A stretch of DNA of 64,000 bases from Lama glama. Taxonomy: Eukaryota. The position numbers and the translations under genes were made by a program. The DNA is taken from assembly GCA_028534125.1 (NCBI GenBank), contig CM052816.1, positions 67,644,001 to 67,708,000 on the forward strand, in the 5' to 3' direction. This document shows, in pieces, positions 24,105 to 37,154 of this stretch (positions are counted from its first letter, which is position 1; every line of letters begins with the position of its first letter). The notes under the pieces were generated by a model that had not been told where the DNA came from, did not search any database, and saw only the letters and a list, made by a program, of their open reading frames with translations.

Positions 24105-25093
24105 CTTTTTGAGGCTTAATTGACATATAACATTATATTAGTTTCAGGTGTACAAAATGATACAAAATTTGTATATATTGCAAAATGATCACCACAGTAA
24201 GTCTAGTTAATGTCTGTCACAATACATACATTTTTTTTTTCATGAAAACTTTTAGGATGTATACTCTTATCAACTTCCAAATATACACTATGGTATTACT
24301 AAACTATAGTCACCATGCTGTATATTACATTCCCATGACTTACTGTTTTTTAAAAGGAAGTTTGTACCTTTTGACCCCCTTCACCCATTTCAGTTACCCC
24401 TGGCAACCACCAATTTATTCTATGTATCTATGAGCTTGGGTTTTTTATTTTTTAATTTTTTTTCACTTTTTTTTGATTCCACATATAGTGAGATCATACA
24501 CTATTTGTCTGTATCTGACTTATGTCACTTAGCAGTGCTTTCAGGTTATATCCCTGTTGTCCCAAGTGGAAAGGTTTTTTTGTGGCTGAGTAGTATGCAT
24601 TTTGTGTGTATGTGTGGATATGTATTATATATATTTATCTATCACATCTTTATCCAGTCATCTGTTGATGGCCACTTAGGTTGTTTCCATGTCTTGGCTA
24701 TTGTAAATAGTGCTGCAGTGAATGTAGGGCTGGAGATATCTTGCCTTTTTTAATTTATTTTTTTTTATTGCTTTTTTTTTTTTAATGGCGGTACTGAGGA
24801 TTTTTTTAATGGAGGTACTGGGGATTGAACCCAGGACCTCCTCCTGCTACGCATATGCTCTACCACTGAGCTACTCCCCCTCCCCCCCAGATATTGTTTA
24901 TAAATAGTGATTTGGTTTCTTCTGGATATTTACCCAGGAGTGGAATTGCTGGATGATATGGTAGTTCTGTATTTAATTTTCTGAGGAAGTTCCATGCTGT
25001 TTTCCATAGTGGCTGCACCAATGTACATTCCCACCAACAACACATAAGAGTTCCCTTTTTTCCACATCTGTGCCAACACTTGTAATTTGTTGT
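24105..25093 (-). mobile_element. Host L1, 3' portion (continues at 33116)
   Basis: L1 3' UTR and ORF2 C-terminus (ORF 24860..25045 [30 protein letters not shown]); sequence resumes in register at 33116. Confidence 0.85.
24745..24888 (-). mobile_element. tRNA-derived SINE (Vic-1-like) nested in L1
   Basis: Same body; short duplicated segment taatgg(c/a)ggtactg near the tail. Confidence 0.85.
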
Positions 25094-27095
25094 TTTAAAA
25101 AATTAAAAAAAATTGAAGTATAGTTAATTTACAATGTTGTGTAAATTTCTGGTGAACAGCATAGTGACTCAGTTATATGTATATATTCTTTTTCGTATTT
25201 TTTCATTATAGATTATTACAAGTTATTGAATATAGTTCCCTGTGCTATACAGTATGATCTTGCTGTTTATCTATTCTGTATATGGTAGTTTGTATCTGCT
25301 AATCCCAAACCCCCAGTTTATCCCTACCTCCCCCTTTCCTCTTTGGTAACCATAAGTTTGTTTTCTATGTCTGTGAGTCTCTTTCTATTTTGTAAATAAG
25401 TTCGTTTGTGTCATTTTTTTAGATTCCACATGTAAGTGATGTCATATGAAATTTGTCTTTCGCTGTGTGACTTACTTCACTTAATATGATAATCTCTAGG
25501 TCCATCCATGTTGCTGCAAATGATATTATTTCATTCTTTTTTAATGGCTGAGTAGTATTTCATTGTATATATGTATCACATCTTTTTTATCCAGTCATCT
25601 ATTGATGGACATTTAGGTTGCTTCTGTGTCTTGGCTATTGTAAATAGTGCTGCTGTGAACATTGGGGTGTATGTATCTTTTCAAATTGAAGTTTTCTCCA
25701 GATATATGCCCAGGAGTGGAATTGCTGGATCATATGGTAACTCTATTTTTAGTTTTTTAGGGAACTGCCATACTGTTCTCCATAATGGCTGGACTAATTT
25801 ACATTCCCACCAACCATGTAGAGTGAGTTCCCTTTTCTCCGCATTCTCTCCAGTGTTTCTTATTTGTAGGCTTTTTAATGATGGCTATTCTCACTGGTGG
25901 GAGGTGATACCTCGTAGTTTTGATTTGCATTTCTCTAATAATAAGCAATGTTGAGCATTTTTTCATGTGCCTGTTGGCCATCTGTATGTCTTCTTTGGAG
26001 AAATGTCTATTTAGAACTTCTGCCCATTTTTTGATTTGTTTGTTTTGATAGTATGCTGTATGAGCTGTTCGTATATTTTGGAAATTAATCCTTATAGGCC
26101 ACATTGTAAATATTTCTCCCGTTCTTTAGGTTGTCTTTTTGTTTTGTTTATGGTTTCCTTTGCTGTGCAAAAGCTTTTAAGTTCAATTAGGTCTCATTTG
26201 TTTATTTTTGCTTTTGTTTCCATTACTGTAAGAGACAGATCCAGAAAAATATTGCTGTGATTTATGTCAAACAGTGTTTTGGCTGTTTTCCTTTAAGAGT
26301 TTTCGAGTATCTGATGTTACATTTAGGTCTTTAATCCTTTTTGAGTTTATTTTTGTATATGGTGTTAGAGAATGTTCTAATTTCATTCTTTTACATGTAA
26401 CTGTCCAGTTTTCCCAGAACCATTTATTGAAGAGACTGTCTATTCTCCATTGTATATTTTTGCTGCCATTGTCATAGATTAATTGACCATAAGTGCGTGG
26501 ATGTATTTCTGGGCTTTCTATCCTGTTCCATTGATCTATCTGTTTTTGTGCCAGTACCATACTGTTTTGATTACTGTAGCTTTGTAGTATAGTCTGAAGT
26601 CAGGGAGTGCCATTTCTCCAGCTCTGTTCTTCTTTCTTAAGATTACTTTAGCTATTTGAGGTCTTTTGTGTTTCCATATAAGTTAAAAAATTTTTGGTCT
26701 AGTTCTTTGAAAACTACTTTTGGTAACTTGCTAGAGATTGCATTGAATCTGTATATTGACTTCGGTAGTATTTTAACAGTTATTTTAACAGTATAGATTC
26801 TTCCAAACCAAGAGCATGACAGATCTTTCCCATCTATGTCATCTTCAGTTTCTTTTGTCAGCATCTTATAGTTATCAGAGTACAGGTCTTCTGCCTACTT
26901 AAGTAGAATTTATTCCTAGGTATTTTATTCCTTTTAATGGATGGTAAATGAGGTTGTTTTCTTAATTTGTTTTTCTGATATTTTGTTGTTACTGTATAGA
27001 AATGCAACAGATTTCTATATATTAATTTTGTATCCTGCAACTTTACTGAATTCATTAATGAGCTCTAGTAATTTTCTAATAGCATCTTTAGGATT

Positions 27096-27571
27096 CTTTT
27101 TTTAAAAAATTAATTTAACTTTTAATTAACTTTTCTTTTTTGAAGTATAGTTGATTGCAGCATTTTTTCTTGACTGCTCCTCCTTTGTTTCTGCGTTCCT
27201 TCCCTTCCTTGATAAGCAACTGTTTGAATCTTTGGATTCCTTGGAACTAAGGGAAGGCCAAGGAGGCTGAATGAAGCCTATTTCCTACAAATAAGAAATG
27301 GGAGACATGAAAAGGATTCATACCCAGGAAGGTCGCAGAGGGTCCTGACTGGTTTCTTCAGCACTACCCACAGTACTTCTGTTGCGGGAAAATGGGGCAC
27401 AAGAGGATGGTCCTGTCCCAGGTCTTGGGTGAGTCCCTGGAACACACCCTGCCAAATAAGAGTCCTTGGCTTAGTCCAGGAAAGAATTTAAGAACAAGCC
27501 ATAGTAAAGTGAAGGTAGATTTATTCTGACTCCACAGACAGAGTGCAGGCCATCTCAGAAGTTGAGAGGCC
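27096..27571 (-). mobile_element. Polyadenylated insertion made of ERV1-type LTR pieces plus an L1 3' tip
   Basis: Interrupts L1 ORF2; flanking aggatt duplication (27090-27095 / 27572-27577); T-rich tail 27096-27140. Confidence 0.7.
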
Positions 27572-30500
27572 AGGATTTTCTATAGTATTGTGTCATCTGC
27601 AAACAGTGACAGTTTTACCTCTTTTTTTCCAATTTGGATTCTCTTTTTGTTGTTGTTGTTTTTCTTCTCTGATTGCTGTGACTAGGACTTCCAAAACTAT
27701 GTTTAGTGAAAGTGGTTGGGTCCTGAGTTTCGGCACCAAATACAGAACAACAGCAAAAAAAAGCGTTCTTGCTCTTAGAGGAAATGCTTTCAGCTGTTCA
27801 CTGTTGAGTATGATGGTAGCTGTGGGTTTGTCATATAATGGCTTTTATTATGTTGAGGTAAGTTCTCTCTATGCCCACTTTCTGAAGAGTTTTTATCATA
27901 AATAGATGCGGAATTTTTTCAAAAGTGTTTTTCTGCATCTATTGAGATGACCATTTGGTTTTTATTCCTCAGTTTGTTAATGTGTATCACATTGATTGAT
28001 TTGTGGATATTGGAAAATCCTTATATTTCTTTAATAAATCCCACTTGATCATGGTGTATGATCCTTTTAATATATTGCTGGAGTTGGTTTGCTAGTATTT
28101 TTTTTGAGGATTTTTGTGTCTTTGTTCTTCAGTGATATTAGCCTGTAATTTTCTTTTTTTGTGATATCTTTGTCTGGTTTTGGTATCAGGGTGATGGTAG
28201 CCTCAGAATGAGTTCAGAAGTGTTCTTTTCTTTGCAATTAAAAAAAATACTTAAAAAAGGATAGGTGTTAACTCTTCTCTAAATGTTTGGTAGAATTCAC
28301 CTGTGAAGCCATCTGGTTCTGGACTTTTGTTTGTTGGGGGTTTCTAAATTACTAACGCAATTTCAGTACTGGTAATTAGTCTGTTTATATTTTTTGTTTT
28401 TTTCCTGATTCAGTCTTCGGAGACTGTACCTTTCTGAGAGATTGTCCATTTCCTTGAGGTTGTCCATTTTATTGATATATAGTTGTTCATAGTAGCCTCT
28501 TATGATCCCTTGTGTTTCTGTGGTGTTGGTTGTAACTTCCTCTTTTTCATTTCTGATTTTATTAATTTGGGCCCTCTCCCTCTTTTTCTTGGTGAATCTA
28601 GCTAAAGGTTTATCAATTCTGTTTGTCTTTTTAAAGAGCCAGCTTTTAGTTTCATTGATCTTTTCTATTTTTTTTTTTCAGTCTCTTTCATTTATTGCTG
28701 GTCTAATCTTTATTTCTTCTACTATGTTTGGGTTTTGTTTTCCTTTCTCTAGTTGCTTTAGGTGTAAGTTTAGATTATTTATTTGAGATTTTTCTTGTTT
28801 TCTGAGACAAGCTTGTTATCACTATAAAATTACTTCTTAGAACTACTTTTGATATGTCCCAGCGTATTTTGATCATCGTATTTTTGTTTTCATTTGTCTC
28901 TAAGTATTTTTTGACTTCTTTAGTGATCTATTGGTTGCTTCGTAGCATATTGTTTAACCTTGGTATGTTTGTGTTTTTTTGCAATATTTTTTCTTGTAGT
29001 TGATTTCTAATCTCATAGCATTGTGATCACAAAAAATGCTTGATATGACTTTAATTTTTCTGAAATTTCCTGAGACTTGCTTTGTTGCCCAATATGTGAT
29101 CTATCCTGGAGAATGTTCCATGTGCACTTGAAAAGTATGTGTATGTATTCTGCTGCTTTTGGATGCTCTATAAATATCAATTAAGTTTATCTGGTTAATT
29201 AATGTTCCCTTTCAGGCCTGTTTTTCCTTTTTAATTTTTTATCTGGATGATCTGTCCATTGATGTGAGTGAGGTGTTAGAGTCCCCCACTATTATGGTTA
29301 CTGTCAGTTTCTCCCTTTGTCTGTTAACATTTGCCTTATATATTGAGGTGCTTCTATGTTCAGTGTATATATATTGACAAGTGTTGTATCTTCTTGGCTT
29401 GATCCCTTGATCATTGTACAATGTCCTTTGTCTCTTGTAACAGTCTTTGTTTTAAAGTCTGTTTTGTCTAGTGTAAGTATTGGTACTTTAGCTTTCTTTT
29501 GATTTCCATTTGCATGGAAGACCTTTTTCCATCCCTTCAATTTCAGTCTGAATGTGTCTCTAAATCTGAATTGAGTCTGTTGTAAGCAGCAGATTTATGG
29601 GTCTTATTTCTGCATCCATTCAGTCAGTCTGTGTCTTTTGGTTGGAGCATTTAGTCTGTTTACATTTAAGGTAATTATCAATATATATGTTCTTATTGAC
29701 ATTTTGTTTATTCTTTTGGATTTGTTTTTGTAGGCCTTTTCTCCCCTTTTCTTCTTTTGTTCTCTTGTGAGTTGCTGACTCTCTTTAGTGTTATGTTTGT
29801 CTTCCTTTTTCTTTTTTGTATGTGTCTTTATTATAGATTTTTGGCATGCAGTTACCAAGAGGTTTTGATATAGCAGTCTGTATTTATTTTGATATAGCAG
29901 TCTGTTGATGCTTTAAGTTGATGATTTTTTAATTAAATTAAATTTTATCTTAAATACCTTGTATTTGTATTCTCCTCCTCTCACAGGTACTGTTTTTTAT
30001 ATCATATTTTACATCTAATTGTATTGTGTATCCCTTAATTGCTTATTGTGGATACAGATGAGTTTACTATTTTTGTCTTTTAACCTTCCTGCTAGTTTGT
30101 TTGGTTGATTTCCTACTTTTACTGTATGTTTGCCTTTACTGGTGAGCTTTTCCATTTCATAGTTTTCATGTTTCTAGTGTGGCTTTTTCTTCTGCACCGA
30201 GAGAAGTTCCTTTAGCATTTGTTGTAAAGCTGGGTTGGTAGTGCTGAATTGTTTTAGCTTTTGTTTGTCTGTAAAGCTTTTGGTTTCTCCATCAGATTTG
30301 AATGAGAACCTTGCTAGGTAGACTATTCTTTGTTGTAGGTTTTCCCCTTTCATCATTTTTAATGTATCATGCCACTCCCTTCTGGCCAGCAGAGTTTCTG
30401 CTGAAAAATCAGCTGATAGTCTTATGGGAGTTCTCTTGCATGCTTTTTGTTACTTTTCCCTTGTTACTTTTAATATTCTCTCTTTATCGTTGTTTTTTTG

Positions 30501-32116
30501 TGATTTTAATTATAATGTGTCATGGTGTGTCCCTCTGTGGCTTAATCCTGTTTGAGACCCTTTGTACTTCCTGGACTTGGGTGACTGTTTCCTTTCCCAG
30601 GTTAGGGAAGTTTTCAGCTACTGTCTCTTCAAATACTTCTTCTCAGGCCCTTTCTCTCTCTCCTCTTCTTTTTGGACCCCTATAAGGTGAGTATTAATGC
30701 TCTTGATGTTGTCCCAGAGGTCTCTTAAATTGTCCTCATTTCTTCTCATTCTTTTATTTTCTCTTCTGCAGTAGTGATTCCATTACTCTGTCTTACAGCT
30801 TCCTGATCTTTTCTTTTGCTTCATTTGTTTACTATTGATTCCTTCTAATATATTTTTCATTCAGCTATTGTATTCTTCAACTCTGGTTGTTCCTTATATT
30901 TTCTAACTCTTTGTTAAAAACCTCTAACTTCTTACTCTGTGCATCCATTCTCCTCCCAAATTCTTTGATCATCTTTGCGATCATTACTCTGAACTCTTTC
31001 TCAGGTAGATTGCCTGTCTCTTCATTACTTAGTTCTTATCAGATTTTGTATTGTTCTTTTGTCTTCAACGTATTCCTCTGCCACCTCATTTTGTCTAAAT
31101 TTCTATTTGTATTTTTATGTATGTGGTTGGTTAGTTATGTTTCTTGACCTTGGAGAGGTGACCCTCTGTAGGAGATGTCCTATGCATCCTGGCAGTGCAC
31201 TCCCCCTCTTGTCACCCAAGGGCCTGGGGACAGCTGGTCCTGAGGTAGGATCTGGTCTGTGTTGCATACTTGTTCCACAGGCTTCAGGATTGTAATTTTC
31301 TTGCTTCTGGTGTCTGCCTCTGGTGAGTAAGGCTGGTTTAGAAGATTTTGCAGGCTTCCTGGTGGGAGGGGCCAGTAACTACCCACTGGTGGGTGGAGCT
31401 GGGTCTTGGCCCTCTGGTGGTGGGGGCAGGGGCATGTCTAGGAGCATGTCTAGAGGTGGCTGTACACTCAGGAAATGTTTAGGCAGCCTTCTCTTAATGG
31501 CTGGGGATATGTCCCCACCCAGTTAGTTGTTTGGCCTGAGGTGTCCTAACGCTGGATCCTATAGGCTGTTGGCTGGGGCCAGGTCTTAGTGTTAATGACT
31601 CAAGCAAGATGTAAGCCTCTAGAGGAGTTCATGCAGATGATTACTTCCTGACATATCTGCCACTGTGTCTCTGTCCCCAGGGTGAGCCACTACCTCCCCT
31701 CCTCCCCAGGAGACCCTCCAAGACCAGTAAGTAGGTCTGGCCCAGGCTCCTATGAAATTACTGCTTTTACCCTTGGTCCCAGTGAGCATGAGGTTTTGTG
31801 TGCATCCTTTAAGAGTGAAATCTCTATTTCCCCAATCCTGTGGCTTTCCAGCAGTTAAGCTCTGCTGGCCTTCAAAGCCAAATACTCTTGGGGCTCCTCT
31901 TCCCAGTGCCAGAGCCCTGGGCTGGAGAGCCTGACGTGGTGAACAGAACTTACTCCTGTGGGAGAACCTCTGCAATGCAATTATTCTCCAGTTTGTGGGT
32001 CACCCACCTGGAGGGTATGGGATTTGATTATATTGCAAGACTGCCCCTCCTACCTGTCTCATTGTGGTTCGTACTACATGTCTTTAGTTATGGAAGATCT
32101 CTGGTAGGTTCCAGTC

Positions 32117-32739
32117 TTTTTTTTTTTCCAGTTTTATTAGGTAGAATTATTACAGTTTGACTGCACATACACATTATATTGCATGTCAATACATATATAT
32201 GGTATACTGCACATTTTTTTAGTTTACATATATGTGCTGATTATTGCTTCTAAGAATAGATTAGATCTTTAGCTTATTAAGCTTACATAGTTATCAAAAG
32301 AATAAAGCCAACTACAAAATAAGAATCAACAGAATGTGTTAATCCAATCATAAAGGACAGTCAAATGTGCTTACACATATTCAAGAAATCAAAATAATAA
32401 TTAGTTCATTTGTGTCTTTATTATTGTTGTTGTTATTTTTTTAGATTCCTCATATAAATCATGTCATATGGCACTTTTCTTTCTCTTTCTGGCCCACTTC
32501 ACTTAGAATGACAATCTTCAGATCCATCCATATTGCTGCAAATGGCATTATTTTATTCTTTTTTATGGCTGAGTAGTATTTCATTGTATTATGTACCACA
32601 TCTTCTTTATCCAGCATCTGTTGATGGACATTGGGGTCGCTTCTATGTCTTGACTATCATAAATAGTGCTGCTATGAACATTGGGATGCATGTGTCTTTT
32701 TTAATTTTATTTTTCTCCGGATATATGCTCAGGAGTGTG
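32117..32739 (-). mobile_element. Retroposed chimera: L1 3' fragment plus ~270 bp non-L1 sequence ending AATAAA-polyA
   Basis: TSD aggttc(c/t)agtcttttt at 32106 and 32740; L1 part ~32403-32739; unique part ~32128-32402. Confidence 0.8.
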
Positions 32740-33115
32740 AGGTTCTAGTCTTTTTTATAGATGGTTGTTCTGCAGTTGTGATTTTGGTGTCTTCATGAGA
32801 GGAGGTGAGCTCTGGCTTTTTCTACTCTGCCACCTAGGCCAGCAGCCGGTTTTGCTTGGTTTCCTTGGAGCAACTTACTCCCTTTGGAATTTCAAGGTGG
32901 GCCAAGGGTGTAGGCAGGCCTAGTAGAGTGCCTTGAGTCATCCCATCCCACCTCTGCTGAGCCATGCAGAACCTCTCTTGGGGTCTCATGCCAACTCTTC
33001 CAATCTGCAAAGCTCATGAGAGGAAAGAAAGGACTTCTCCTACAGTTACTGAGCCAAGTTTGTTTGCCCAAGGCACAACATGCCAAATACTTAGAGAATG
33101 CCAAGGATTGCAGCC

Positions 33116-34895
33116 TGTTGTCTCTTAGATAATAGTTATTCTTTTAGGGTATGTGGTGATATCTTATTCTGATTTTGATTTGCATTTCCCTGGTGATTAG
33201 TGAAGTTGAGCATCTTTGCATGTACTTGTTGGCTATTTGGACATCTTCTTTGGAAAAATGTCTATTCAGATCTTCTGCCCATTTAAAAAGTTGGGTTGTT
33301 TGTTTTTTGCTATCAGTTTGTATGGGCTCTTGATATATTTTGGACATTAACCCCTTATTTGACATGATTTGCAGGTATTTTTCTTCCATTCAGTAGCTAG
33401 TCTTTTCATTTTGTTGATGGTTCCTCTGCTTTGCAGAAGCTTTTCAGTTTGATGTAGACCCACTTGTTTATTTTTGCTTTTGTTGCCTTTGCTTTTGGTG
33501 TCAGATCCAAAAAATCACTGGTAAGAATGATGTTGAGGAGCCTAATGCCTGTGTTTTCTTTGAGGACTTTTATGGTTTCAGGTCTTACATTCAAGTCTTT
33601 AATCCACTTTGAGATAATTTTTGTGTATAGTGTAAGATAGTAGTCCAGTTTCATTTTTTTGCATGTGGCTGTCCAGTTTCCCCAACACTGTTTATCGAGC
33701 AGACTGTCTTTTCCCCATTGTATATTCTTCACTCCTTTGTTGTAAATTTATTGACCATATATGCATGAGTTTATTTCTGGGCTCTCTATTCTGTTCCATT
33801 TATCTATGTGTGTGTCTTTTTTTTTTTAATTGAAGTATATTTGGTTTACTATGTTGTGTTAATTTCTGGTGTACAGCAAAGTGATTCAGTTATATATATG
33901 TTTTTATGTTCTTTTTCATTATAGACTATTACAAGTTGTTGAATATAGCTCCCTATCCTATACAGTAGGATCTTGCTGTTTATCTATTTTATATATAGTA
34001 CTTAGTATCTGAAAATATCAAATTCTCAATTTATCTCTTCCCACCTTCTACCCCCTTGGTAACCATAAGTTTGTTTTTTATCTGTGAGTCTGTTTCTGTT
34101 TTGTAAATAAATTCATTTCTGTCTTTTTTTTTTTAAGATTTCACATATAAGTGATAGCATATGGTATTTTTCGTTCTCTTTCTGGCTTATTTCACTTAGT
34201 ATGACACGTATTATATATGTCTATTTTAATGCCAGTACCATTCTGTTTTGCTTACTATAGGTTTGTAATGTAGTTTGATATCAAGGATTATGTTGCCTTC
34301 TGCTTTGTTCTTCTTTCTCAATATTTCTTTGGCTATTTGGGATCTTTTATGGTTCCATACAAATTTTAGGATTATTTGTTCTATTTCTGTGAAAAATGCC
34401 ATTGAGATTTTGATAGGGATTGCAGTGAATCTATAGATTGTTTTGGGTGATGCGGACATTTTAACAATATTAATTCTTCTAATCCATGAGCATGGAGTGT
34501 CTTTCCATTGCATCTTCTTCAGTTTCTTTCATTAATGTTTTACAGTTTTCAGTGTACAGATTTTTCATCTACTTGATTAAATTTATTTCTAGGTATTTTT
34601 ATTTCTTTTTTGATGCAATTGTAAATGGGATTATTTTCTTAATTTCTTATTCTGATGGTTCTTTATTAGTGTATATAAATGCAATAGATTTGTATAGTGA
34701 AATTGTACCCCACAGATTTCATCAGTTTATTCTAACAGTATTTTTGTGGCATCTTTAGGTTTTTCTTTTTATAAAATCATGTTGTCTGAAAATAGTGAAG
34801 TTATACTTCTTCCTTTCTAATTTGGGTATTTTTTAAAAAAATTTCTTTTTCTTTCCTAATTGCTCTGGCTAGTACTTCTAATATTATGTTGACTT
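33116..34895 (-). mobile_element. Host L1 ORF2 continuation, with a younger L1 3' fragment inserted at ~33818-34215
   Basis: ORFs 33144..33389, 33406..33732 and 34226..34513 are L1 ORF2 peptides; nested poly-T + ttgaagtat 3' end at 33818. Confidence 0.85.
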
Positions 34896-35329
34896 TAAAT
34901 TTGTGATTTTAAAATTACTTTTTAGTTACCTAAGTGATTCATGAAATGAACATCCTCCTTAAAACAAATAGAAACGTGGTAGATAAGGCTAAAGGCTTCC
35001 TTAACCACACCCTGTAACCTGTTTCCATCAATCCTGGTCCTTACCTCCTCTCCTCAGATGTTATCAGTCTAATGCGTTTTCTGCCAGCCTTATTTCTATG
35101 TATGGACACACTTGTGTATGTACCAATAGGAAATCACAGAATTGTGTGTGAATGTTCTAAAAAAAAAAAACCCGTAAGTATCTGCAACTTCTTTTATTTA
35201 TTAAAAATGTATTTTGGAGTCTCCCCATATTAGTTTGTATAAATCTGCTTCATCTATTTCTAAAGTTTCACCTTCAAGTTCAGTATTTTTGGTAATTTTC
35301 TGGCAGGTATACTCTATAGAGTTCAAAAA

Positions 35330-36800
35330 GTTCTCTTTTACTTTTGGTTTGTGAAGAATTTTTGTCTTAAATGAATGATGAATATCAAATGCTTTTCTTT
35401 GCTACTTTTTGAGATGGTCACATAATTTCTCTATGTTCTCCTTTTAATGTAGTAAATCGTAATGACACAGTTAAATACTGCACCATCTTTTGCTTCCTGA
35501 GGTAATCCTACTCAGTTTTGAGAAACACTTTGGTCATATCCTATTAGTTTTTATATGCTTTTGTTGTTATCCCATGTTTATTTTGATATATATTTTTATT
35601 TTATTTTATTTTTAAAATTTTTTAGGGAGGAAGTAATTAGGTTTGTTAATTAATTAATTAATGGAGGTACTGGGGATTAAGCCCAGGACCTCATGCATGC
35701 TAAGCACACACTCTACCAATTGAGCTATACCCTCCTCCCAATGTATGTTTTAAAATCTTCAGTCTCATGAGTTGTTTGTAGTTTTATTTCAGGTTTTAGT
35801 ATTAGGCTTATGCTGACCTCCTAAAATGAGTTAAGAAGTGTTCCCTTCTCTTCTACGTCCTAAATTTTTTTTTTAAATACAAGATTGACATTACTTCTTT
35901 TTTAAATGTTGATAGAATTCACTGGTGAAACCATAGGCTTCTGGTTTTGATAATGAATTAAATTTCTTTTAAAGATGTAGGGCTATTCAAAATTTGTGTC
36001 TCATCTTGTTTCAAGTTTGTAAGTTATAATTTTCATGGAATTTGTTCATTTCAGCTAAGTTGTCAAATTTGGTGGCATAAAGTTGTTCATAAATACAATC
36101 TTACTGTTCTTTTAATGTCTGTATGATCTATAGTGATAATTGATTTCTGATTTTGATGATTTGTGTTTCTTTTTTTCTTCATTATTGTAACTGGAAGTTT
36201 TCTTTTAAAGAAACAGCTTTAGGCTTTATTAATTTTCTCTGTTGTTTGTTTTCCATTTCATTGATTTCTGGTTTTTATTATTTTATATGTCCTACCTTGG
36301 GTTTATTTTGTCCTTCTTTTTCTAGTTTCTTAAAGTAGAACCTTGAATCACTGATTTTAGACCTTTCTTCTTTTCTAATATAAGCATCTAAGGTTAAAAA
36401 TTTCCTTCCAATAATTATTTTAGCTGAATCCTGGAAATTTTGATATATTGTATTTTCATTAGCATTTAGTATAAAATATGTTTAAAATTTCCCTTGTGAT
36501 TTCTTTTTTGATCTATGGATTATTTAAAAGTATGTTTTTAATTTCCAAATACTTAGTGTTTTCTTAGATATATTATAGTAATTGATTCTTAATTTTTTTT
36601 TGGTTAGAGAACATGTATGATTTCAATTATTTTAAATTTATTGACTTGCTTATGCCCCAGGATATGCTCTATCTTGGTGAACATATGATGTGCAGTTGAA
36701 AAGAGTGTATATTCTGTAGTTGTTGGGGTTAAAGTCCTATAAGTATCATTTAGGTCATAGTGGTGATTGGTAGTGTCCTTTAGATCATCTGTGTCTTTAA
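35330..36800 (-). mobile_element. Ancient L1 ORF2 fragments
   Basis: Degenerate T-rich L1-like sequence (e.g. tagaattcactggtgaaaccat, atgctctatcttggtgaacat). Confidence 0.65.
35595..35739 (-). mobile_element. tRNA-derived SINE (Vic-1-like)
   Basis: ggaggtactggggatt...tgagctataccctcc with T-rich tail. Confidence 0.88.
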
Positions 36801-37154
36801 TGATTTACATAAAATTTTAAATACAGATAAATGAGAAACAACATACTGAGAGTCAGTTTTATAATATATCACATATAACAAGCAAAAGGTTGGCATTGGT
36901 AGGAATGGATATGTGCTGCTGTCCAAGTTGCCCTCTTCTGTCTGATTCTTTATCCTTACTTACTATTGTTTCCAGTGTCTCCAAATACTCTATCCAGCTG
37001 AGGATAAGATATGTGCACTGTATTTTTAAAGTCCATTTATACTATTAATTATAAAAATGCATGTAGGAAACATAAACTTTATTATTAATATCCTAAAAAT
37101 CCACAAATAGAGCATGTGTCGTAGATGGATTGTAACTTCCAGAGTTCACAATGA

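Larger units (their letters stand above)
25094..32845 (-). mobile_element. Full-length but decayed L1 (5' UTR, ORF1, ORF2, 3' UTR) with two nested insertions
   Basis: 3' end ttgaagtatagtt at ~25113; ORF2 C-terminal and RT fragments; endonuclease start IITLNVNRLNAPTKRHRLTEW (~29604-29700); ORF1 C-terminus (30174..30356); GC-richer 5' UTR 31180-32845. Confidence 0.92.

Noticed and set aside
25094..32845. Active L1
   Set aside because: ORF1 and ORF2 are fragmented by stops and frameshifts and interrupted by insertions
24185..34758. Many plus-strand hydrophobic ORFs resembling membrane proteins
   Set aside because: Antisense translations of T-rich L1 sequence
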